Origin: a virus
IMG/VR virus record: IMGVR_UViG_3300042691_041392
Strand: one strand, 5' to 3'
DNA: 64,000 nt
The position numbers and the translations under genes were made by a program. Below, piece after piece: positions 52,984-60,307 of this stretch; positions within the stretch are counted from its first letter, which is position 1; each line of letters starts with the position of its first letter. The notes beneath the pieces are model-generated. The model was not told the origin of the DNA. It was given only the letters and a program-made list of their open reading frames with translations, and did not search any database.

Positions 52984-54454
52984 ATGACTAGGGAAGAAAA
53001 AATTAAAGAACTAGAGTCATTAAAAAATAAAGCGAGCGAGTTGAAGAAAGAGGTAGACTACTACAACGCACTTCAACTCGCTCTTTTTTAACCCCCTCAA
53101 ATTTATTTTGAGGGGGTGATGACTAAAATTAGTTTTGAATGGATCTTACGGAGCATTCGCAACACCATACTTTATCTTGTTTAACAATCATGTGGCTGGT
53201 ACCATCACTGCACAAGGTAGAGATTTAACAAAGACAATGGATAGAGTTAATGAAGACTATTGGTATAATCAATGGCACTTAGACTTTGAACTACATAATA
53301 AATTAGGAATTAGAAATGTAACTCAAATACCTAATTCAGAACCGGTAAGTATTTATGCAGATACTGACTCATTATTTGTTTCTTTCTTACCAGCAATTGA
53401 ACACTCTGAATGGAAAAATATCTTTATTAATAAAAGTAATCTTGAAAGTATTGACAAAAAGTTTATTGTATTATCTAAAGAAGATGTCAATTTTAATAAC
53501 CCTAATTGTTTAGGATATGTAGATAAGTATAATGACTTTGAAAATTTATTATCAACCGATTATGAAATGATAATCATTGACGGACATTTTGCTAAAAATA
53601 GAGATTTGAATAAACTAATAAATTTTGGATCTCTTACTTGTGAACCCATTTGGAATTGGTCTAACGAATTGGATTATATACATGGTATTGATCATTTTAG
53701 ATATGCTGATTATTTCAAGACTTGTTTAGAAGAATACGCCGGATCTTTTGGAGTTGAAAATAAAGAAGACTTTGAGTTAGAACGAGTTTCAGAATCAATT
53801 ATATCAATCGCTAAAAAGAAATATATTCAACACGTTGTATTTGAAGATGGTATTCCTTATGATAGATTAACTTACTTATTCCCTAAAGGAGTTGAGTTAG
53901 TTAGATCATCAACACCTCTTTTTGCAAGAGAGAAAATTATCAACATCGTTAAATACTTATTTGAAAACTCAAATACATTTAACATAAAAGAGTTATTAAA
54001 ATTAGTTAAAGATTTAAGAAAAGAGTTTGAGTTAGCTGATATTGATGATATTGCAATGCAATCTTCTTGTTCTAACTATGATACTAAAGTTATTAATGAT
54101 AAAGCTTTACCATTAGAGTTTGTAACAGGAGCTCACTTTGCTGTTAAAGCATCAGCTCTTTACAACTACTTATTACACACTAATAAGCAATTTGCTGATA
54201 AGTATGAGATGATTAAGTCAGGTACTAAGATTAAGTATTACTATTGTAAGAATAAATCAAACGGTGATATCTTTGCTTATATTAGAGGTTCTTATCCAAT
54301 CGAGTTCGCTCCGCAAGTCGATTATACAACTCAATTTTATAAAGCAATTCTATCACCTATAAACTCAATTATTGAACCATTAGGAATGCCAGAGATTACA
54401 GAAAGATTATCAGTTGTATTAGACATATTTTCAGGATTTGGTATGAAATACTAA
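52984..54454 (+). CDS. Family-B DNA polymerase, C-terminal subunit of a split enzyme; coding sequence interrupted by a 40-nt gap (join 52984..53085 and 53126..54454)
   Basis: Joined reading gives ...YYNALQLALKLVLNGSYGAF (motif B), ITAQGR, YADTDS (motif C), AKKKY, KGVE; C-terminal LDIFSGF is clamp-binding-like. Confidence 0.88.
53034..53158 (+). other. Candidate programmed translational bypass element
   Basis: 13-bp stem 53034-46/53071-83; CTT TTT TAA; 11-bp hairpin 53091-101/53107-117; TGA TGA CTA AAA. Confidence 0.65.
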
Positions 54455-55131
54455 TCAGACCATCTATTACCCTTAATTAAATTTTCAGTCTTCCAAAGAG
54501 GCTGAAAATTTTTATAATGGTTTAACTCATATACTTCAGATTCACTTATAGCCCATGAAACCGGAGTTTTATGATCCAAATGCCACTCACCATGATTTTC
54601 CCAGGTCATACCATCTAAGAATTTACTTTGTATATAATCTTTAAATTCATCTATTGTACAACCTAATATAGATTCAGTTCTATACAACTTTTTATATCCC
54701 TTACTCACAATCGAACTACGTATTAAACCAGATATACTATCTTTTATCTTAAAAAGTATATCATTCTTCCTCTTTTCTGAAATATAATCTTTAGCATATT
54801 CTCTAATCTTATCTTTATTTTTCTCTCGCCACTTATAATTTAAATCTCTTCTTCTTTCATCATTATCAATGTGGTATTTTTTCTTATATTCCAATAAAGA
54901 ATCTCTATTTTTTTCGTAATGATTTTTAACACGTTCTTTTACTTTATCAATATTTTCTTCTCTATATTTTTTAACACCATCCTTTACCTTATCTTTATTA
55001 TTTTTATAATATTCTCTCTTATCTTCTAAAGAACATTCTTTACATCTACAACATAGACCATCCTTTGTTTTTTTATGTTTATGAAAATCTGATATTTCTT
55101 TTTCTTTTTTACATTTTGTACATTTTTTCAT
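54451..55131 (-). mobile_element. HNH homing endonuclease, paralogue of 30497..31273
   Basis: CTKC..CKEC; ILGC..DEFK; WHLDHKTP...LNHYKNFQPLW. Confidence 0.8.
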
Positions 55132-55183
55132 AATAATATTTTTTATTTATATATTAAAATAAAAAACCGGAAAATATATCCAT

Positions 55184-55216
55184 AAAAAAAACCACTCTTG
55201 ATGAGTGGTTTTTTTT
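55184..55216. terminator. Terminator
   Basis: A-run ACCACTC-ttgat-GAGTGGT T-run. Confidence 0.85.
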
Positions 55217-55217
55217 A

Positions 55218-56135
55218 TTAAAATGTTTTACCTTCTTGATCCTTTTTTGTGTATATAATAACTTTATCACCAATTTTAGAACAAAATAAATCAATATTAG
55301 AATACCTCCACTCTGTTGATGATGACTTAGCCACCATCGGACTAGATTTAACCTGCACTAATTTAAATTCATCGGAACTTAACTTCTCGATTATTAAATC
55401 AACTCCATAAACCATGTCAACTGGATCTCCATCACCACCTTGATATACACACTTATAAACCTTCTCACCATTCTTTTCAATAGATTCAAATTTGTTTTTA
55501 ACAAAAACTTCCACATTATCACCTATTGATGACATTCTTCTATTATTTGACACATAATATCTTATATCACTTACGTTTTTATTAATTAGTTCAACTAAAT
55601 TTTTCCCACTAAAAAAATTAGACAACTCAACTTTAAGAGATTTATCATCAAGTTTAAGAGATTTCGATATAATCGAAGTATCCTCTTTAGAGATAATATC
55701 AAAAATTAACTCCGCTAAATCAGAGTAGTTAGTATTTAACTTATTAACAGGATCATAATTACCATTGGAATCTAAAACTTGATTAAAGTTACTTATTGAT
55801 TTAGCATAGTAAGTACCGTCTGGTAATTTATCAATGAATTTAAAATCACTTTTATTATCAAATCTACCGGTATCCTTCAGGTATTTAAGTGGTATTTGAT
55901 ACTTAGGATCTTTATTAAAATCAATAACTTCAGACATAGAAGATAATATTTCCTCAACAGCACTTTGGAATCCAAGACCGTCATTTTTATAAATCCATGA
56001 CTTTAGGTTAGCAACATTTCTACAAAATTGAGTTTTAGCTGCTATTCCAATTTTATTAGAATCATATCCTTCTATACCACTCCCGGTAAAAAGATCGGCC
56101 TCATTTACAAATTGTCCATATTTAAAAATTTTCAT
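55218..56135 (-). CDS. Tagged protein with a C-terminal PD-(D/E)XK-like nuclease domain
   Basis: MKIFKYGQFVNEA; GDNVE...DMVYGVDLII...LVQVKS. Confidence 0.55.
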   Translation of the reverse strand: MKIFKYGQFVNEADLFTGSGIEGYDSNKIGIAAKTQFCRNVANLKSWIYKNDGLGFQSAVEEILSSMSEVIDFNKDPKYQIPLKYLKDTGRFDNKSDFKFIDKLPDGTYYAKSISNFNQVLDSNGNYDPVNKLNTNYSDLAELIFDIISKEDTSIISKSLKLDDKSLKVELSNFFSGKNLVELINKNVSDIRYYVSNNRRMSSIGDNVEVFVKNKFESIEKNGEKVYKCVYQGGDGDPVDMVYGVDLIIEKLSSDEFKLVQVKSSPMVAKSSSTEWRYSNIDLFCSKIGDKVIIYTKKDQEGKTF

Positions 56136-56167
56136 AATGTATATATAAAAAACGGATATATAAAATT

Positions 56168-56386
56168 ATGAAAAATGATGTAAAATATCCATTGTATTTA
56201 TCTTGGTTAGATGAACAATTGAAAAATGGTAAATTAAATAAAGGTTCTTATGCTCTTAAAAAGATTAGTCAATCAGCTTTTGAACAGTTTAAGAATAAAG
56301 TAGAAAAAGACGAACTTTTTGAAGGAGAGATGATAAAAATCACAAGAGATAAAAAAATTGATGATATATTCGATGACCTTGATTGA
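56168..56386 (+). CDS. Small protein with RDxKI terminal motif
   Basis: ITRDKKIDDIFDDLD. Confidence 0.6.
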   Translation: MKNDVKYPLYLSWLDEQLKNGKLNKGSYALKKISQSAFEQFKNKVEKDELFEGEMIKITRDKKIDDIFDDLD

Positions 56387-56714
56387 TAAAATAGAGTATA
56401 ATAATTATAATATCTTTTTTTATGATGGAATAGATTTTAATATGATTAGAGATCATAAAGATACCTCTGGAGATTTTTTAATATTCTTTATTTATTCTTG
56501 GGATGACGAAGTAAAAAAATGGAAAAGAGACCAGAAATTAAATAAACTATTAGATGATGTAAATAATGACTTTGATCCAAATTCAATTGATAAAAATACA
56601 ATATGTATATACCATACAAATGGTTATGTTATGGAAACTTATAAAGTTATAAAAGATAAAATTTTTAAGTCCAATTATGAACCATTAGCTTGGAATTTAA
56701 AGGGTTTAGCATAA
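56373..56714 (+). CDS. Hypothetical protein with internal RDxKL motif; probable start 56373
   Basis: WKRDQKLNKLLDD. Confidence 0.55.
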   Translation: MTLIDKIEYNNYNIFFYDGIDFNMIRDHKDTSGDFLIFFIYSWDDEVKKWKRDQKLNKLLDDVNNDFDPNSIDKNTICIYHTNGYVMETYKVIKDKIFKSNYEPLAWNLKGLA

Positions 56715-56744
56715 AAAGTATATCAACTTTTAATATATAACATA

Positions 56745-57242
56745 ATGAAAATTATGAAACACTTAATGAGATATGAGGGATATACAACTCAACAAAGAGT
56801 TGATGACTTACTTGATAAAATTTCAAAGTATGGTATTAATTCTTTAACTACACTTGAGAAAGAGTTTTTAGATGCACATAAATTAGGCAATCAAGAAGAA
56901 GTTCATAAAAAGTTAGCAAAGAAAGAAAGTGAAACAGTATTTGTTGATGATGCAGGCTTTTTTAGATTTGAATTTGATTCTTGTGATGATTTAGGTGAAG
57001 AATGGCAATATCATGGAATTTTATATGTACCAGATTTAAAATTACCAAATGGTAAAGTACTAAAAGGTGAACTACACGGTTATATAAGTTATTTTCATGA
57101 AAGTGGAGTAACATCACCTGAGTTTTATCATCAAACATCAAGTGGTAAAACTTACGAAGTTTTTGATTTTTGTGAAGGAATTGAATATGAGTTAGATTCT
57201 TTTATAGATTATGTTGTTTCGGAAATCGAAAATCAAGAATAA
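56745..57242 (+). CDS. Tagged protein with a DUF6576-like motif
   Basis: MKHLMRYEGY; VDDLLDKISKYGINSLTTLEKEFL. Confidence 0.6.
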   Translation: MKIMKHLMRYEGYTTQQRVDDLLDKISKYGINSLTTLEKEFLDAHKLGNQEEVHKKLAKKESETVFVDDAGFFRFEFDSCDDLGEEWQYHGILYVPDLKLPNGKVLKGELHGYISYFHESGVTSPEFYHQTSSGKTYEVFDFCEGIEYELDSFIDYVVSEIENQE

Positions 57243-57275
57243 AAAATTAATATATACTAAAAAATAAAAAAGAAT

Positions 57276-57998
57276 ATGATTAAAAGATATAATCAATTTA
57301 TTAAAAAAGTAAATGAAGCTGAAGAATTAGAAGCTCCTGTTAAACCAGAAGTTAAACCAGAAGTTCAACCAGCTCCAGCTCCAACAACAACACCAGATCC
57401 GAGAAGAGAAAGATGGAGAAGAGATGCTCCTTCTGTAAATCCAGATCCATTAGCAAGTGGCGAAGAAGGTGTTGAAGATAATTTAGAGTATTTACACGAT
57501 ACTTTAGAAGGTTCTCAATTAATGGGTAATATTCTTAAATATAAAGGACATGAAATTACATTACCTTCTGAAACAAATCAATTTGAAGTTGATGGTGTTA
57601 GAAAAATTAAAAAAGAAGGAAATAAATTAGTTCCTACTTCATCAGCAGAAGATGTAATTGAGTATTTAGAAAATCCTGAAGCTCAAGCTGAGGCTCAAGG
57701 AGCTCAATCAAAAAGACTTCAAGCACAGGCTCAACGAGCTCAAGGACAAGGACAGGCTCAAGTACAAGGTCAATATGAAAATTTCCAATCAGAGGATATG
57801 GAAGATGAGCATTTTGATGATGAAGTTGAAGATGAAGTAAATAGACCACCTTTTGACCCAGATAAAGATCAAATGGAGTTTGAAACACAAACTGGTAAAG
57901 ATCCAGAAGCTGAAGCTTTAGCAGGTGAAAAAGTTGATGTTGAAAAAACAGGACTTAGAGAATCTAAATCATATAGAAAAACTAGATATAAATTCTAA
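57276..57998 (+). CDS. Tagged low-complexity (Pro/Gln/acidic) protein
   Basis: MIKRYNQFIKKVNEA; PVKPEVKPEV; QAQ repeats. Confidence 0.65.
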   Translation: MIKRYNQFIKKVNEAEELEAPVKPEVKPEVQPAPAPTTTPDPRRERWRRDAPSVNPDPLASGEEGVEDNLEYLHDTLEGSQLMGNILKYKGHEITLPSETNQFEVDGVRKIKKEGNKLVPTSSAEDVIEYLENPEAQAEAQGAQSKRLQAQAQRAQGQGQAQVQGQYENFQSEDMEDEHFDDEVEDEVNRPPFDPDKDQMEFETQTGKDPEAEALAGEKVDVEKTGLRESKSYRKTRYKF

Positions 57999-58000
57999 AT

Positions 58001-58032
58001 AAAAAAAACCACTCAAAAGAGTGGTTTTTTTT
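58001..58032. terminator. Bidirectional terminator
   Basis: A-run ACCACTC-aaaa-GAGTGGT T-run. Confidence 0.85.
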
Positions 58033-58033
58033 A

Positions 58034-58366
58034 TTAATTACTTTCCTCACTATCAGGATTTGACTGAGTTACACTATCCGTAATTTGATCATTAACAGAT
58101 GTTTTCTCTTTTTGTATCTTATTTATGATATATCCAGAAACTGCAAACTCAGCAGCTGCCCATAAGATAAACTCACCCATAGTTAATTTATCATATTTCT
58201 GTAAAAGGAAGAATATCATTCCCCATTGAGCAATGATGAATGCTATACCAGATTCAATTCTTTTCTTAGAAAAGTAAGAGTTTTTAGTTGAATAGATGTT
58301 CAATAATTCGGTTAAAATCCATTTGAAATTACTCCAACCAAAGAACATTTTTTTGTTTTTTTCCAT
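58034..58366 (-). CDS. Two-TM membrane protein, possibly a holin
   Basis: SKKRIESGIAFIIAQWGMIFFLL and a second hydrophobic helix. Confidence 0.45.
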   Translation of the reverse strand: MEKNKKMFFGWSNFKWILTELLNIYSTKNSYFSKKRIESGIAFIIAQWGMIFFLLQKYDKLTMGEFILWAAAEFAVSGYIINKIQKEKTSVNDQITDSVTQSNPDSEESN

Positions 58367-58399
58367 TTAGTTTTTATTTTTATATATAAAATGGAAAAA

Positions 58400-59590
58400 T
58401 CATAAATATTTTATGTTATTGAATTTTTTATTATAATCAACATCTTCAGATTTTAACTTTTTAATTCTCTTAGGTATCCATTTGATATCTAATTCATCGT
58501 GACTAAAAAAGTTAAATAGCTCTAATTTTTTATATGGATTTGGAACAAGTTCAGCTAATTTATTAATATCTTTAACTTTGGATATTCTATGTAATAACTT
58601 ATAAGGGTCATCAGATTTCTTTTTATCTACAATATCTTCAAATAGTTTTTTCCAAAGAAATACCGGAAATCCATCTTTTATCTTTTGTTCAGATTTTATA
58701 AATCCAGCCTCATCATTATCAAAAAAGTATTGCAGTTCCATTCCACTACTTTCAATTAATTTATAATCAGTATTAACACCTACCAAACCAATAGAATTAG
58801 GATAGAATAGAGAATCTAAATATCCCTCAAATACTGTTACTTTCTCAGTAAAATCAATATTCAATATATTAAAATAATAAGACAACTTATTATAAATAAC
58901 CATCTCATTTATATCAATTTCAATAGGTTCTTCTTTTATTAAATTAACCCACTCAAGTAAATTTTCATAGTTAAAAATTTTAAACATCCTACGTTTACCA
59001 GATTTTAAGTTTCTTAATTGAATACCAAGAACCTTATCATCTCTTCGATTTAACATAACAATTATCCACTCACTTTCATCATCATTTTTCCACCATTTGG
59101 CTTGATAAATGTTTTTATGATAGTATGGATCAATTCCACGACCAACTAAGTATTTATAAACACCACTATTAACCTGTATAGGTTTAAAATCTGATATAGG
59201 TGTTAGATCCATTGAAAATACTTTTTCCAAATCTTCTAAGTTTATTAAGTTTTCAAACTTAGCATCTGATACATTTGACTCATAATCAGAATAAGTCATA
59301 ACACTATTTAAGTGTTCAATCATTTCTAATTTTTTATCAGGATCAACTTGTTCATTAAAATGTTTACACATTTTATCAAATGAAGCTTTCTTATCACAGT
59401 TAAAACAAATAAAAATTAATCTATTAAAGTAAAGATTACCTCTTTTTTTATATTGATTCTTGGAGTCACCACAATACGGACAAGCAAAGTTTAATCGATC
59501 ATGATAATCGACAACTCTTCTTTTATTTGTATTTGAAAACTCTTTATTCAGTATTTTCTGAACTAAATCTTTTATATACGACTTATCCAT
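58400..59590 (-). CDS. DNA primase (T4 gp61-like); probable start MDKS (59590)
   Basis: CPYCGDS...CFNC zinc finger; TOPRIM motifs VFEGYLDSLF and FFDND.AG. Confidence 0.88.
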   Translation of the reverse strand: MDKSYIKDLVQKILNKEFSNTNKRRVVDYHDRLNFACPYCGDSKNQYKKRGNLYFNRLIFICFNCDKKASFDKMCKHFNEQVDPDKKLEMIEHLNSVMTYSDYESNVSDAKFENLINLEDLEKVFSMDLTPISDFKPIQVNSGVYKYLVGRGIDPYYHKNIYQAKWWKNDDESEWIIVMLNRRDDKVLGIQLRNLKSGKRRMFKIFNYENLLEWVNLIKEEPIEIDINEMVIYNKLSYYFNILNIDFTEKVTVFEGYLDSLFYPNSIGLVGVNTDYKLIESSGMELQYFFDNDEAGFIKSEQKIKDGFPVFLWKKLFEDIVDKKKSDDPYKLLHRISKVKDINKLAELVPNPYKKLELFNFFSHDELDIKWIPKRIKKLKSEDVDYNKKFNNIKYL

Positions 59591-59619
59591 ACACATGATA
59601 TAAAAAATTATCAATATTG

Positions 59620-59650
59620 TTTGTATAACTAAAAATTATTACTAATTTTG
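59620..59650 (+). promoter_or_regulatory. Bacteroidota-type host promoter
   Basis: TTTG-N19-TAATTTTG. Confidence 0.6.
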
Positions 59651-59690
59651 TATCTCAAATTAGATATATAACTAAAATTAAATATAAATT

Positions 59691-60041
59691 ATGAAAGCAA
59701 GAAGAAAAGCTATTTCAGCTGAGTTGGTGAGAGAATCAAAAGATAACCCAGGTTACTTTAGATATAATGTTGAGATTGAAGAAGTAGATGGAACAAGACA
59801 TACTGTACCAGCTTATGGTAAAGATATGCAAGACGCAATTTCTCGTTTAGTTTGGAACGAAAGAGTTCATACTAAATTGACAGCTGTTATTATTGGATTT
59901 GTTATTTTTATACCATTCTTAACAGCTTGTGTATTAGGAGCTATTAAAGATAGTCCAGTATTAGTATTATCTGGTTTAGGTTTCTCATTCATCTTAGGTT
60001 TGTTAATTCACCTTGTAGATAGATACTTATCTAAGTCCTAA
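59691..60041 (+). CDS. Protein with two C-terminal TM helices
   Basis: Hydrophobic C-terminal half; PAYGKDMQDA. Confidence 0.6.
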   Translation: MKARRKAISAELVRESKDNPGYFRYNVEIEEVDGTRHTVPAYGKDMQDAISRLVWNERVHTKLTAVIIGFVIFIPFLTACVLGAIKDSPVLVLSGLGFSFILGLLIHLVDRYLSKS

Positions 60042-60307
60042 GATAAATGGATTAATAATCCAACTAAACCACCCATTACAGTCCAAATGAAATCCCACCA
60101 ATCGAAACGGTGATTTGGGCTGTAATGGTCATATACTTCCTTTAGAATTGCCGAAAGAAAGCAAATAATCATTCCGATTAAATCTCCGAAGAACAAAGTT
60201 ATTATAAAATAAATAAGCAAACCATAAATAAAATGGTTTGCTTTATCTTCTTTTATCTCAGGTAAATCTTCTACTAAATTTTGTAGTTCTTTTTTAAGTC
60301 CAAACAT
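60038..60307 (-). CDS. Small VanZ/YfiM-like membrane protein
   Basis: DKANHF...KEVYD...FDWWDF..T..GG. Confidence 0.55.
   Translation of the reverse strand: MFGLKKELQNLVEDLPEIKEDKANHFIYGLLIYFIITLFFGDLIGMIICFLSAILKEVYDHYSPNHRFDWWDFIWTVMGGLVGLLIHLS

Noticed and set aside
53091-53117. Hairpin in the polymerase gap as an intrinsic terminator
   Set aside because: No U-tract follows it on either strand (GATGA on plus, TAAAAAA on minus), unlike the genuine terminators in this window.
53083-53122. Simple +1 frameshift at CTT TTT TAA
   Set aside because: The +1 frame meets TGA TGA at 53117-53122 and would insert about 13 residues into motif B.
53082-53125. Group I or II intron, or intein, in polB
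   Set aside because: 40 nt is far too short for a self-splicing ribozyme core and the gap has no open frame. Removing 53082-53121 would also restore QLALK, so protein-assisted RNA excision cannot be excluded without cDNA.
53135-54454. TTG 53135 as the true polymerase start
   Set aside because: It would omit the conserved Gln and the catalytic Lys of motif B, which are encoded upstream.
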